The notes below the pieces were generated by a model that saw only the letters and a list, made by a program, of their open reading frames with translations, was not told where the DNA came from and searched no databases. A stretch of DNA of 64,000 nucleotides from positions 2,932 through 66,931 of the IMG/VR virus record IMGVR_UViG_3300015371_000028; one strand, written 5' to 3'. The DNA comes from a virus. Numbering within the stretch: the first letter of the stretch is position 1; the number at the start of each line of letters is the position of its first letter. The position numbers were made by a program, and so were the translations under genes. Of this stretch, positions 20,228-31,196 are shown in pieces.

Positions 20228-22371
20228 TGAGCGATCCAAGCGATGCCTTGATCTTTTATCCCGATACGACGGCGCACGTCGTGATCAGCACCAGCGCCGA
20301 CACGGAGTATTACTACGATCCCGCCGAATCGCTGCGCGTCGATATTCTGGCGAGCGACATCAATGTGCCGGACAACACCGCGAACTACCTCGAAAAGACC
20401 GAGTGGGTTGCGGTGACTGCCGGTCATACCTACCGTGCCCAAACGTGGTGGTCTACCGCCGCGCGGAACTGGTACGGCACCGTCGGCGTTGGCTGGTACG
20501 ACGATATGGGCCTGTTGATCGGTGAAGATATTGTCCCGCCGATGACGTTCGTGCTCGAACGGGAATGGCGCTTTATCTTCGGTTCGGTGGTCGCGCCGAC
20601 GGGAGTTGCCTACGCCTCATTACGGTTCCATTTGGTCACGGGATCACCAAATGCCACGGATACCGTCTGGTTCGATCATGACGCGCTGAATGATCAACTC
20701 AACGACCTCGCGTTGCCGATCACGAATCCCGGTTTTGAATCGGGCATGACCGGCTGGACCTTCGTTCCTGATCCTACGACCGCGATTGCCGATAGCACCG
20801 CAGTCGTCGATGCGACGATGGGCGCGAACGGGTCCGCGCATGCGTTGAAGATGACCTGGGGGCCGAGCCAGATCGACCAACGTCGCGGCATGTGCTACGT
20901 GCAAGCTGGCCCGCGCTTCCCGGCTGAAGAAGGGCATTACTACCATCTCCAAGGATGGTTTCGCTGGGATAGCGCGCTCGGCGGAACCACGGTCGTGCCG
21001 GGCATTGAATGTTTCGATGGAAACGGCAACCGCACCGGCCTGTCCTGGATCAACATTGACCCCGCTGACTATCCCCCGAATGTGTGGCATTTCATCGAAA
21101 ATGACGCCATTGTCAACGCCGGATCGGTCGAAGCACACCTGGTTGCCGTGCTCTCACTGAACAGCGATGTCGTTCTCGGCACCACGGTCAATGGCTGGGT
21201 CGATGATGTCGCGGTGATTGACCCCGATCACATTGAGCGCTGGGGCATTCTGCGCTTAGGTGATGCGCCGGATGTCGATGCAACGGCGGTGCTCGATCCA
21301 GATTTGTCGTTCGACAACGTGGTTGGCAGCTTACGGGTAGACATCACACACAGCAACATCGGCGGTCGTCCTGGCGGGAATGATCCCTTTCAAAATATTG
21401 AACTGACCGAACGTATTGCCGTGCCCCAAGGAGCCACGAATATCCGGTTTCGGTATCGGGGTTGGGTTCGTTCCGAGGGCGGGTTTTGGAGTGGCTCGAT
21501 TGGCTCCTTTTATTACCAGGCCGACGGAACCTATAACGGCAACCAGTGGGTCCAAGTCCCTCCGGTGACACCGGGCGAATGGACGTTTGTTGATGCCATC
21601 TTGACTGCGGTCGGGACGAATCCGTGGCTCTCCCTCATCATGGTGTTCACGCCCGTTGTGCCGTATCCTGCGCCGACCGATACGGTCTGGTTCGATGGAA
21701 TCACTCTGGCCGACGCCGCGCTCGCTGGTGAGTTGCCCGATCTACCGTGGGCGCAGTTCGGCCCTGGTGGGAACATCGACGGTTGGGTCTATGGCAATGA
21801 CAATCTGACGACGGTGATTACCGGAAACGTCAGCTTTGACGATACGGCACAGCCGTACCCGATGTCCCAAGGCACGATCAAGCTCGTGGTGACAGGGGGG
21901 ACTGGTCTCCCGGCGAGTCCGATCTATGCGCGCGATACGTATGACACCCCGCGCTACGCGGTCACTCCGGGCAACGTCTACTTCGTGGATTGCGAATTTC
22001 GCAGCGATTCCACCAGTATCGGCGGCATGATCGGCGCAAGCTGGTATGACAGCGGCAATGCGCTGTTGAGCGCGACCTACGACGATCCATCCACCCAAGC
22101 GGTCGGCAATCTGACGCGGTGGACGCTGACCGCGCCTGCGAATGCGGCAACGCTGGAGTTGCGGATTGGCGCGACCCGGCTGACGAACAACAGCGCGACT
22201 GGAAATGTTTGGTTCGGCAGCATGCAGCTTTATGATCCCACCGGTCCGGCGCTTGCCGCTGTCCCGGCTGATGTGCTTCCCCCGGATTCCACCGAAAACG
22301 CAGGCGTGATGATCCGCGTGCTCCCGCCGCGCTGGTCTACGAACTTTATGGTGGTGGAGGGCTATCCATGA
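20227..22371 (+). CDS. Tail protein with repeated carbohydrate-binding-like modules
   Basis: NPGFES..GW and recurring (V)WFD motifs. Confidence 0.65.
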   Translation: MSDPSDALIFYPDTTAHVVISTSADTEYYYDPAESLRVDILASDINVPDNTANYLEKTEWVAVTAGHTYRAQTWWSTAARNWYGTVGVGWYDDMGLLIGEDIVPPMTFVLEREWRFIFGSVVAPTGVAYASLRFHLVTGSPNATDTVWFDHDALNDQLNDLALPITNPGFESGMTGWTFVPDPTTAIADSTAVVDATMGANGSAHALKMTWGPSQIDQRRGMCYVQAGPRFPAEEGHYYHLQGWFRWDSALGGTTVVPGIECFDGNGNRTGLSWINIDPADYPPNVWHFIENDAIVNAGSVEAHLVAVLSLNSDVVLGTTVNGWVDDVAVIDPDHIERWGILRLGDAPDVDATAVLDPDLSFDNVVGSLRVDITHSNIGGRPGGNDPFQNIELTERIAVPQGATNIRFRYRGWVRSEGGFWSGSIGSFYYQADGTYNGNQWVQVPPVTPGEWTFVDAILTAVGTNPWLSLIMVFTPVVPYPAPTDTVWFDGITLADAALAGELPDLPWAQFGPGGNIDGWVYGNDNLTTVITGNVSFDDTAQPYPMSQGTIKLVVTGGTGLPASPIYARDTYDTPRYAVTPGNVYFVDCEFRSDSTSIGGMIGASWYDSGNALLSATYDDPSTQAVGNLTRWTLTAPANAATLELRIGATRLTNNSATGNVWFGSMQLYDPTGPALAAVPADVLPPDSTENAGVMIRVLPPRWSTNFMVVEGYP

Positions 22372-25300
22372 GTGTCGGCAATCGGCTGGGCGGGCAGAAT
22401 CGCTGCACCAATCCGAGCTTTGAAACCAATCTGACCAGTTGGAATATCCGCGCCGGGACCACTGCCACCGTTTCTACGGAGCAAGCCAAGTTCGGGACAA
22501 GCAGCGCCAAGCTCGTGACGGGGAGTGGCGGCAATCAAGGGATGTACCTCGCAGCCTCCACCGCTGGGGTCACGCTGACCGGGGTCACGCATCTGGTCAG
22601 CAGCAAAATGTGGGTCTACGCCGCCGCTCCGTTGACGTTTCTTCGCATCCAGCATCAAGTCAACTACACGGATGCCAGCACCGTCAGCACCTATGTGGAT
22701 GTGGGCTTAGGGGGCAAAGGGTGGCAGGAAGTGACCATCCCGCCGTTCAGCACCGATCCGGCCAAGACCATACAGATTTTGTATCTCCAAGTGCTGACCG
22801 TGACGGGCCACACGGGAGCCACGCTCTACGTCGATGGCGTCGATTGTCGCGTCGATGAAATTGCCTGCGATACCTACATCGACGGCAGTTTAGGCGCGGG
22901 GTATGCGTGGCTCGGTACGGCGCACAACAGCGCCAGCACACGATCCGCGATCATGACGCCGTTCGTGCCCAATCCAGTGACACGTGGTGGGCGCAATCGC
23001 TTCAGTAACCCATCCGCTGAAACGAACGCTGCCGCGTGGTCGCCCCAAATCGGCGGGGCGCACGTCGTAGCGAGCACCGATGCGGCCTGGGTGGGGAATC
23101 AAGCGGTGCGGCTGGTCCTGGGCACGCCCAACAATTCGCAACTATTCTGCGCTGCCGATATGACTGGCCTGCCGACGACGGGCATTCCGTTGACGATGAC
23201 GGCCAAGTATCGGATTTGGGCACCACTGGGCATGACGTTCAAGGCGCAACTCTATTTTCGCTACACCCCATCTGGGGCCGACGTGCAGCAAGTGGGGCCA
23301 TTCACCGGCACTGGCGCGTGGCAAGAAATCACGCTGGGTCCGTTTACCAGCAATCCGGCCAATGTCTGTAACGGTCTGTTCGTCTATCCGGTGATCACGG
23401 GCGTGGTCAACAGTAATGCTTGGGTGTGCTACCTCGATGGCATGGACGTGCGGATCGGTGAACCCGATGCGGACGACTACATCGACGGTTCGCTCGGCAC
23501 CCGCTACACGTGGGTCGGAACGGCCCATGCGAGCGCCAGTATCCGCGCGGCTCAACCTGACGCGTTCGCGCGGCGGGAACAGATCGTCCGTGGTGGCCGG
23601 AATAACGTGCTCAATCCCAGTTTTGAAGTCGATACGGCAAGCTGGTCGCTCACGGGAGCGGCAGGATCGTCGATGGTCAAAGATACCCAGCAGGTCTGGG
23701 TGGGCTCTTCCAGCTTGCTGGTGAATTTCACGGCAACCAGTCAGGATCGCATATCGACCACGATCCCGCTTGGGCCGCTGGCGGCAACCGGGCAGAAACA
23801 CCAAGTTCGGGCGCAGCTTCGTGCCTGGATTCCGTTGGGGATGAAAATTCCCCGTGTTTTGCTCCGCACCAACTACAGCGATGGGGCAGTCGATACGGTT
23901 GTCGATAACGTGGTCGGTACGGGTGACTGGCAAACGATCACGTTGCCGCTGACTTCAACTGATCCTGCACGGACGTTGGTGAGTTTTCTGTTTTATCCGC
24001 TCTATAACGTCGCGGCGCAACCGGGGTCGTGGTACTGCTGGATCGACGGACTCGACGTGCGTTTCAACGAGCCAGATGTCGATGAGTTCATTTCGGGATC
24101 ATTAGGCACCGGCTACGCGTGGACCGGTACCGTTCACAACAGCGCGTCTACTCGTGCTTCCGTGCAGCCACCCCACGCGGTCGCCCCGCCCAGTCGCGGT
24201 GGGCGGAATCGCATCAAGAATCCCAGCGCGGAAACCAACGTCTCGTTGTTCGGGCAGCAGGGCGGCATGATCGTGTTGTCCTCAGACGATATTGCCTGGG
24301 TGGGGACCAAGAGCCTGAAATGTGTCGTCCAGGCGGCAGTCAACACAATACTCTACCAAGCGGCTGATCTGACCAGCATTCCCGTGATTGCGACCAGTGT
24401 CGATCCGCATTTGATCCACGGGCGCATCCGTTTCTGGGCACTGAACAATGTCCGCGTCGGACGCTTCCTCTTTCGCACGGCATATAACACCGCAGGCGTC
24501 GTCAGCTATGACGACAAGATCATTGATGGTTTAATCGGCACCAGCGATTGGCAGACCGTGGTGTTCCCCGCGACTGTGACCGATCCCGCGAAGACGATTT
24601 CTGCCGTTTATCTCTATCACTACACGGCCACGCTGACGAACGTCGATGCGCCGTACGTCATTTATCTCGATGGCTTCGATGTGCGTATTGATGAGCCGGA
24701 CATCGACGACTACATCGACGGCTCGCTCGGCACACGCTATGCCTGGACCGGTGCGGCGCACGCGTCGATGTCTACGCGCCTGGCCAAGCCGCTCCCGGTC
24801 CCACCCGATCCCTTCGCGATTACCGCTGGCAAAAACTGGATCGCTAATCCCTCGGTCGAAGTGAAATCGGACGACATCGGTCTGCAAGGCAGCGCGAAGC
24901 AGGCGATGAGCGCAGACGCGTCGGTCTACGGCACGAAGTCGCTGAAGGTCGTCACCCATCCCACCGCGCAGTATTCCGGCCCGTATTTTCCGGCGAGCAT
25001 GAGCGGGATCAGTGCGGGATCGCACGTGCTCCGGGCGCGCTTCAACATCTTGCTCGGTGCCGGTGTCCTCCATCCCGGCGTCTCCCTGCGCGTGACCTTC
25101 GTCGGAGTCAACGTTCCCGCTGAGGCCGTCACCAAAACGGTTGTCGGTACCGGGGAATGGCAGACTGTCGATTTAGAGATGACCACCAGCGCCAGCAAAA
25201 CCATCGCCGGGGTTTCGGTGATCTTCAACATGGGGACGGTGACACGCACGATCATCTTCTTCGTTGATGGCGTCGATCTGCGGGTCGATGCGCCGATGGA

Positions 25301-26516
25301 CGGCTACATCGACGGCAGTTTGAGTCCTCGCTATAGCTGGACCGGAACCAAACACAACAGTCCCAGTCTGCGTGCCGCGATTACGGTGACGTTGCCGAAG
25401 CTGCCGAAAACGGGACCGATTACCCTCTCCGGCGAATTGTGGAAATGCACGGTCGGCGGGTCGCTACTGGAAGACATCTCGCGTGAAGTCCTGAGCGGCA
25501 GAATTACTTGGAGTGCGGATCGCTCCGATCCCGGTTCCTCCGGTGGGACGCAGATGTCTGCCGAATTCGTGCTGCGTCATCCCGAACGGCTCCTGCCGTA
25601 TATGGACTTCATTACGCCGTTTCTCAATGTCGATTATGGCAACGGCGACACGATCCGCCAGCAACTCGGTATCTACCTGACCGATATTCCGAATAAGGAT
25701 TTCTACCCAACCGAATCGCAAGCCCAGGTCCGGGGGAAAGACCTGACGTGGATCATGGCGAACTCAGTCCCGACCGGGGGCTATCACGCCTTGGTCGGTC
25801 AGGACTTTTCGTTCTATCTGCGCCAGATCGTGCTCGCGTCGGGGTTGAGCCTGACCAATATCCGCGACAGCACGCGCGCGCTCGGCTACACCCGCAGCTT
25901 CACGCCGGGGATGAGCTATCTGGAAATGTTCAACAAGCTCGCAGGCGGGATCGGCTGGTACCCCGCGTTCATGGATATGGCGGGGAACATCGTCAGTCTG
26001 CCGTATCGCATCTTCACCGACAACACCCCGGTCGCGACGGTGACGACCGGCCAAGTCGTCAACATCGTCAAGTCCACTCCGGAGACGACCGGGATCGGCA
26101 ACGTCTGCGTGGTGATTAAAGACAACGGCGCAAAACCGCCCTATGTCGTCATCCGCAAGAACCAAGACCCGCGATCCGCCATCAGCATCCCCAACGTGGG
26201 CCGGGAAATCATGATCGACGGTGCGCCGATTCGGAACGGTGACATCGAGGCATTGGGTGATGCGAAGGCACTTGCGAAATACAAAATCCAACTTGGCGCG
26301 TCCTACACCGATACCCTCGATCTGGAGATTTTGCCTGATCCTCGTCAGGGTACGTACCGGACGCTCGAACTCGATCTGGGCGACTTCTGGTCCGATCTGG
26401 CCGGTCGCTATTGGGTCAAGAGTTGGGAGATTGGCTTTACGCCCGAAGATGGTCCGACCAAACTCAAAGTGGCGCGGGTGGTCAACGTGTCGGACGATCT
26501 GGATGAGGAAACGTAA
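22368..26516 (+). CDS. Tail/baseplate hub protein with five N-terminal CBM-like repeats
   Basis: Five ~200-aa units running from N..NPSxE to YIDGSL..Y.W.G..H.S.S.R; C-terminal hub-like domain (QQLGIYL). Confidence 0.75.
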   Translation: MSVGNRLGGQNRCTNPSFETNLTSWNIRAGTTATVSTEQAKFGTSSAKLVTGSGGNQGMYLAASTAGVTLTGVTHLVSSKMWVYAAAPLTFLRIQHQVNYTDASTVSTYVDVGLGGKGWQEVTIPPFSTDPAKTIQILYLQVLTVTGHTGATLYVDGVDCRVDEIACDTYIDGSLGAGYAWLGTAHNSASTRSAIMTPFVPNPVTRGGRNRFSNPSAETNAAAWSPQIGGAHVVASTDAAWVGNQAVRLVLGTPNNSQLFCAADMTGLPTTGIPLTMTAKYRIWAPLGMTFKAQLYFRYTPSGADVQQVGPFTGTGAWQEITLGPFTSNPANVCNGLFVYPVITGVVNSNAWVCYLDGMDVRIGEPDADDYIDGSLGTRYTWVGTAHASASIRAAQPDAFARREQIVRGGRNNVLNPSFEVDTASWSLTGAAGSSMVKDTQQVWVGSSSLLVNFTATSQDRISTTIPLGPLAATGQKHQVRAQLRAWIPLGMKIPRVLLRTNYSDGAVDTVVDNVVGTGDWQTITLPLTSTDPARTLVSFLFYPLYNVAAQPGSWYCWIDGLDVRFNEPDVDEFISGSLGTGYAWTGTVHNSASTRASVQPPHAVAPPSRGGRNRIKNPSAETNVSLFGQQGGMIVLSSDDIAWVGTKSLKCVVQAAVNTILYQAADLTSIPVIATSVDPHLIHGRIRFWALNNVRVGRFLFRTAYNTAGVVSYDDKIIDGLIGTSDWQTVVFPATVTDPAKTISAVYLYHYTATLTNVDAPYVIYLDGFDVRIDEPDIDDYIDGSLGTRYAWTGAAHASMSTRLAKPLPVPPDPFAITAGKNWIANPSVEVKSDDIGLQGSAKQAMSADASVYGTKSLKVVTHPTAQYSGPYFPASMSGISAGSHVLRARFNILLGAGVLHPGVSLRVTFVGVNVPAEAVTKTVVGTGEWQTVDLEMTTSASKTIAGVSVIFNMGTVTRTIIFFVDGVDLRVDAPMDGYIDGSLSPRYSWTGTKHNSPSLRAAITVTLPKLPKTGPITLSGELWKCTVGGSLLEDISREVLSGRITWSADRSDPGSSGGTQMSAEFVLRHPERLLPYMDFITPFLNVDYGNGDTIRQQLGIYLTDIPNKDFYPTESQAQVRGKDLTWIMANSVPTGGYHALVGQDFSFYLRQIVLASGLSLTNIRDSTRALGYTRSFTPGMSYLEMFNKLAGGIGWYPAFMDMAGNIVSLPYRIFTDNTPVATVTTGQVVNIVKSTPETTGIGNVCVVIKDNGAKPPYVVIRKNQDPRSAISIPNVGREIMIDGAPIRNGDIEALGDAKALAKYKIQLGASYTDTLDLEILPDPRQGTYRTLELDLGDFWSDLAGRYWVKSWEIGFTPEDGPTKLKVARVVNVSDDLDEET

Positions 26517-27352
26517 TGTCAGATTTAGGCAATCAGGCCGCCAATCTGTTGCGGGAACAACTGAAGAAAACCCAAGACCGCTCGACCTTGCAATGGGGCG
26601 TTGTCACCGCTGTCAGCGCCAATGGCGTGAAGTTTCGGCCCTTGGCAGCGGACACCCCGACGGAAGAAGAGTTCGCCTGGATAGCCGGACAGATTCCCGC
26701 GATTGGCGATAACGTCGCCTATGCGCTGATGGGTTCGACCTGGATCGTGCTCGGTGTGATCGGCGGGAGTGGCGGGAGTGGCGGTGGCGGTACGGCCCCA
26801 ACGTACATGACCGATCTGCTCGATGTCAGCGATACCGCAGGCACCCCGAACCAAATCCTCGTCATGATTGGGAGCGTCTGGACGCCGAGTGATCCGCTGT
26901 GGGTGCCGTACACCGGGGGAACGATCACCGGCAATCTCACCGTCACCGGAAATACCGACATTGATCACTTGGTCGGCGTCAGCAGCACGATCCCGGTGGT
27001 CAATCAATATCTGCGCTGGAACGGCACCGAGTACGCGCCCTCTGCGTTTATTCCCGACCTGACCTCAACCTCCATCAAGGCGTTCATGGATGTCTCCGAT
27101 GTAACGCCGGGGTTGAATCAAACCCTGATCTGGGATGGCAGTCAGTACGCGCCGCGAGCGATTAGCTCCACCTTTGTCCAAGGAACGGCCCAAGCAACGT
27201 GGGTGATTGATCACGCACTGGCGTTCCAACCAAATGTCGCGATTGTCGATTCGGCAGGGGATCAAGTCGAAGGCGCGGTGACGTACACCAGCGCAACCAG
27301 AGTCACCGTCCAGTTTTCTGCTGCCTTTGCAGGCACCGCTTACCTGTCATGA
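26516..27352 (+). CDS. Minor tail protein
   Basis: OB-fold-like N-terminus (GVVTAV..PAIGDNV), DLLDV repeats, WVIDHAL C-terminal domain. Confidence 0.7.
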   Translation: MSDLGNQAANLLREQLKKTQDRSTLQWGVVTAVSANGVKFRPLAADTPTEEEFAWIAGQIPAIGDNVAYALMGSTWIVLGVIGGSGGSGGGGTAPTYMTDLLDVSDTAGTPNQILVMIGSVWTPSDPLWVPYTGGTITGNLTVTGNTDIDHLVGVSSTIPVVNQYLRWNGTEYAPSAFIPDLTSTSIKAFMDVSDVTPGLNQTLIWDGSQYAPRAISSTFVQGTAQATWVIDHALAFQPNVAIVDSAGDQVEGAVTYTSATRVTVQFSAAFAGTAYLS

Positions 27353-27374
27353 GGTTTGAGTTAGGAGTGCGACG

Positions 27375-28580
27375 ATGAGCCGGAAGTTCTTAACGCCGAT
27401 TGATCTGGCGAAGAACGAACTCCAAAACGCGACGGTCGGCAATCTCGCCGCTGCTCCATCGTCGCCGGTGAAGGGGTTGCTCTACTTCAATTCTACGGAC
27501 AATACGTTGTATTGGTACAACGGGAGCACGTGGGTCGCAGCCCAAGGTGGCGCGGGCGCAACCCCCGCATCGACCGTCACGACCGCCGCAATCGGTGACG
27601 CGGCGGTCGTTGGCACCGGGGCCAACTTCGCCCGTGAAGACCATAAACACGGCATGCCTGCTTTTGGGACCGTGACCGCGCAGACTGCATTCGGAGCCGC
27701 CTCCGGAAGTGGTGCGAGTACCAGCATCGCGCGCACCGATCACACGCACGGCACCCCGACCCATCTGACCGCCGATCACAGTGCGGTCCTGCTCTCCGGT
27801 CTCGCGGCTCCCACCGCCGCCGTCAACATGAATAACCAGTTAGTGACCAACGTTGCGAATCCGGTCTCAGCCACCGATGCGGCCAACAAGAGCTATGTCG
27901 ATAACGCGGTGGCTGGGTTGTCATGGAAAGACACGGTGCGCGTCGCGACCACCGCCAATATCACGCTCTCCGCTGCGCAGACGATTGATGGCGTCAGTGC
28001 GGTCGTCGGTGATCGCGTCTTGGTCAAGAACCAAACCACCCAGTCAGCCAATGGTATCTACCTTGTCGCGGCAGGCGCATGGACCCGGACCACGGACGCA
28101 GATGTCGCGGCAGAACTGGAAGGGGCAGCGGTCTATGTGAACGAGGGCACCACCCAGGCGGATACCGCGTGGGTTATGACCGCGAACGCTCCGATTACTG
28201 TGGGCACCACGAACCTGACCTGGGTTCAGTTCGCGGGTGGTGGGACCGTGGTTGGCGGCGCTGGTCTGACCATGACCGGCAACACCCTCGATGTTGGGGC
28301 GGGAACCGGTATCAGTGTCGCGGCGGATACGGTCGCACTCGATACCACGTACTCAGATGCGCGCTATACACGCAAGTTCAGCCTCTCCGTCGGCGGCTCA
28401 GTCAGTTCGGTGGTGACGCATAATCTCAACAGCCGCGATGTGCTGGTCGATGTCTACCGGGTGGCGAGTCCGTTCGATACGGTTGACTGCGATGTGGAGC
28501 GCACGGACGCCAACAACGTCACGCTGCGGTTCACCGTCGCCCCGGCAGCGAGTGAATATCGCTGCGTGGTGGTGGGCTAA
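27375..28580 (+). CDS. Tail fibre protein
   Basis: DAANKSYVD, RVATTANITLS, GDRVLVKNQT and VTHNL motifs. Confidence 0.8.
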   Translation: MSRKFLTPIDLAKNELQNATVGNLAAAPSSPVKGLLYFNSTDNTLYWYNGSTWVAAQGGAGATPASTVTTAAIGDAAVVGTGANFAREDHKHGMPAFGTVTAQTAFGAASGSGASTSIARTDHTHGTPTHLTADHSAVLLSGLAAPTAAVNMNNQLVTNVANPVSATDAANKSYVDNAVAGLSWKDTVRVATTANITLSAAQTIDGVSAVVGDRVLVKNQTTQSANGIYLVAAGAWTRTTDADVAAELEGAAVYVNEGTTQADTAWVMTANAPITVGTTNLTWVQFAGGGTVVGGAGLTMTGNTLDVGAGTGISVAADTVALDTTYSDARYTRKFSLSVGGSVSSVVTHNLNSRDVLVDVYRVASPFDTVDCDVERTDANNVTLRFTVAPAASEYRCVVVG

Positions 28581-29230
28581 TGACACGGAAGATTCTGGTG
28601 CCGTTGGTGCTCCCCGCTGATCCTGCGGCAGCATTGGAAGCAGCAACCAAACAGTACGTAGATGCGCGTGTTGCCGATACCGGCGACACCATGACCGGGG
28701 CGCTCTTGATCCATGCGACCGGAGTCGGATTTCGCAATCGACAGGCAAACGGGACCACCGAAGGGGTCGTCATCGACAGCACGACCAGTAACGGTGGCAT
28801 CCAGACGCGGAACGGCTTAAATCTCGCCACCTATTCGGACAATGCCGGCGCGACGATGACCTTCCGCGTGAACGGAGCCGATGGATCGCATTACGGGGGA
28901 GGGTCCGCACCGACGATTGCGCCTGCGGCGGCGCTGGGAACGACGGCAACCGCTACGATTCAGTGGGCAAATGATGCTTGGATGTATGTCATTCTCAATC
29001 CCAACGGCACCGGATTAGCGACTGGTACCCTGGCAACAGTGACATTCGCAACTGCCCGCACCAGTGCGAACTACGGCGTCTGGGTCCAACCCAACTCTGC
29101 GAATGCGGTCGATTTCGCGAAATGGTACGCCGGTACCTATCTCGCCGGGAGTTTTGCGATCATCGGACGCACGGTCCCGACTGCCGGACAGACGTATCAC
29201 TTGTTGTTGTGGGTGGGAGGTATGGCGTAA
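28580..29230 (+). CDS. Minor tail / fibre protein
   Basis: AATKQYVD..GDTMTGAL motif. Confidence 0.7.
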   Translation: MTRKILVPLVLPADPAAALEAATKQYVDARVADTGDTMTGALLIHATGVGFRNRQANGTTEGVVIDSTTSNGGIQTRNGLNLATYSDNAGATMTFRVNGADGSHYGGGSAPTIAPAAALGTTATATIQWANDAWMYVILNPNGTGLATGTLATVTFATARTSANYGVWVQPNSANAVDFAKWYAGTYLAGSFAIIGRTVPTAGQTYHLLLWVGGMA

Positions 29231-29565
29231 TGAGTGTCCCCGCGCATCCCTTTCAACGCAAAGCAATGATGGCTGGGGTGCAAGCAGCCAACGTCAGCGA
29301 TTGCTACGCCTGGCTCCAGTCCGATACGGTGCGCGATCTGCGGGTGCGTCCAACGCGGTTAGAGGCTGGGCCTGCGGCGTTTGCCGTGCTCGGCGGTGGA
29401 CCGGTGCTGCGCGTCCCCGCGACTGCCGCAAATCCCGAACGCTTTCCCTGCGGGGAGCGGCGAACACCGCAAGATGATCTGACCTTTGTGTTGAATCAAG
29501 CATCCGACCTGGCCGGTGATGTGGTCTATGTGATGCAACAGCAACCGCCCGGTGAGCAAACATAA
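29230..29565 (+). CDS. Hypothetical protein
   Basis: TAATG coupling; GGGAGG RBS. Confidence 0.55.
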   Translation: MSVPAHPFQRKAMMAGVQAANVSDCYAWLQSDTVRDLRVRPTRLEAGPAAFAVLGGGPVLRVPATAANPERFPCGERRTPQDDLTFVLNQASDLAGDVVYVMQQQPPGEQT

Positions 29566-29621
29566 AGTCGAACAGGTACTCTATACGAAGGCGTTTGCAT
29601 TTCATGAGAAAGGACGACGCA

Positions 29622-29903
29622 ATGAGTGATCCAGCGACCAATCAATCCGGCGATGAGGAAGGGACGAACCGCGTGACTGATCCCATTGCCACCCAAGAAG
29701 AAGCAGATGGCCTGCGAGCATCGTTGCAGGAGCGACAGGCGATTCCGCCTGCGGAGATGACACCAGTGCAGGAAGACGCTATCGCCCTCGATCAATCGCG
29801 GCTCGCACAATGGGATGCGGACAATCCGGTGCCTGCATCGCCCCCGGAGACGGATGACGTACCGACGGAGGCTGCCGATGACACCGAAGAAGCAGACCTC
29901 TAA
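29622..29903 (+). CDS. Acidic hypothetical protein
   Basis: GAAAGGA RBS. Confidence 0.55.
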   Translation: MSDPATNQSGDEEGTNRVTDPIATQEEADGLRASLQERQAIPPAEMTPVQEDAIALDQSRLAQWDADNPVPASPPETDDVPTEAADDTEEADL

Positions 29904-30816
29904 TCTCGTCTTTGGCCAACTGAAACATCCTCCGTTTCAAGATCGCTTGATTCCTGATGCGCAGAACCATGCCTGGGACAATCTCGGTCAGCGCCGCGTG
30001 TACGGGGTCGCCCAACATACGATGGTCGGGTCGCTCTGGGGCACCGATCAGTGGTTCCGACGTGGCTGGGACAGTAACGGGCTGACCGATTATGGGATCG
30101 GAGATGTCAGTGATGGCGCAGGCAATGACGGCATCATCTTTCGTTGGAACGATCCAACTGGTCGGCCTCACCCCGGCGTCTCCCCGAATCGTTGGGGTTG
30201 GGCCTCTGGTCCGTGTAACGGCATGGAAGGGGACGGCCCCGCCTTCGTCCATAAGTACGGGGCCAATGCCGTCAACGGCTATCTCGTCAGCATCGAACGA
30301 TCCGACGGCGGCAACCCGGAGCGCGCACCGTCCGACAAGTATTTGGAATCGTTCTGTCAACTAACGGCGTACTGGGCCGATCAAGCCAGGATTCCGTGGG
30401 ATCAATTCCCGATCAATCCCGCGACCGGCCTCACGTTCTACTACGGTCACTTTGAATTCAGCACCAAGTCCTGTCCCGGCTATGCAGTCCGAGCCACGAT
30501 TCCCGCGTCGATTGAGCGGATTCGCGCGATCCTCAAAGCAGCACAAGTGCAAGCGGCTCCTGAACCAGCACCGGAGGATGATCCCTTGGCTGATTTCCCC
30601 AAGTCCAACGTCGTCTTGAACAGCGATACGATCTGGCCGAGCTACGGCGGTGGCAAAGTCAGTCAAGCCTGGGCCGAGTACGGCGCACGGACAGGTATCT
30701 TCAATCCACCCGGCCAGCCGTGGGGAACAGATGAAACGCAGAGCGCCAAGATTTACTGCTTCGAGGGTGGACCCTGTTTCGATGAGCAGGGCAAACTGAT
30801 CGTCAAGGTCAAGTGA
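29878..30816 (+). CDS. Endolysin (Amidase_2-like)
   Basis: QHTMVG (His), SIE, GHFEF..KSCPG zinc-ligand pattern; follows the tail genes. Confidence 0.75.
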   Translation: MTPKKQTSNLVFGQLKHPPFQDRLIPDAQNHAWDNLGQRRVYGVAQHTMVGSLWGTDQWFRRGWDSNGLTDYGIGDVSDGAGNDGIIFRWNDPTGRPHPGVSPNRWGWASGPCNGMEGDGPAFVHKYGANAVNGYLVSIERSDGGNPERAPSDKYLESFCQLTAYWADQARIPWDQFPINPATGLTFYYGHFEFSTKSCPGYAVRATIPASIERIRAILKAAQVQAAPEPAPEDDPLADFPKSNVVLNSDTIWPSYGGGKVSQAWAEYGARTGIFNPPGQPWGTDETQSAKIYCFEGGPCFDEQGKLIVKVK

Positions 30817-31025
30817 TGCAACCCAGCGAAACGGCATCCGGACAGACCGTGATGGCGGTGACGACCTTGCGTGATGTTGTGGAGAAGCTGGTCGCGGCGC
30901 AGCAAGGGCACAGTTCGTCCCTCGATGAGCTGCTGGCCGAGGCGACGAGTCATCTCGATCAGGCATGGACGATCCTGCAGAAAAAGATTGACGACATGAC
31001 CGCACCGGCAAGTCGGGTAACGTGA
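30813..31025 (+). CDS. Hypothetical protein
   Basis: Overlaps the endolysin stop codon. Confidence 0.5.
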   Translation: MMQPSETASGQTVMAVTTLRDVVEKLVAAQQGHSSSLDELLAEATSHLDQAWTILQKKIDDMTAPASRVT

Positions 31026-31186
31026 GTGACTTGCTCCAGCTCGGCTTCCTTGGCCTGCTCCTGGTCGTGCTCTTCGGCGTGATTAGCTGGCTGGTCAGAC
31101 GGCTCAACGCCTGCGAGGAACGCTGCCGCCAGTTAGAGGACACACTGTCCATGATTCGCCCGCACGAGGGGGAACGGTGGGATTAA
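31022..31186 (+). CDS. Small TM + coiled-coil protein (holin-like), 54 aa
   Basis: Hand translation MSDLLQLGFLGLLLVVLFGVISWLVRRLNACEERC..; GTGA overlap. Confidence 0.6.
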   Translation: MSDLLQLGFLGLLLVVLFGVISWLVRRLNACEERCRQLEDTLSMIRPHEGERWD

Positions 31187-31196
31187 GGAGAACGCA

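Noticed and set aside
22368-29230. Diversity-generating retroelement targeting the tail fibres
   Set aside because: No reverse transcriptase and no template/variable repeat pair differing at adenines; the repeats are diverged protein domains.
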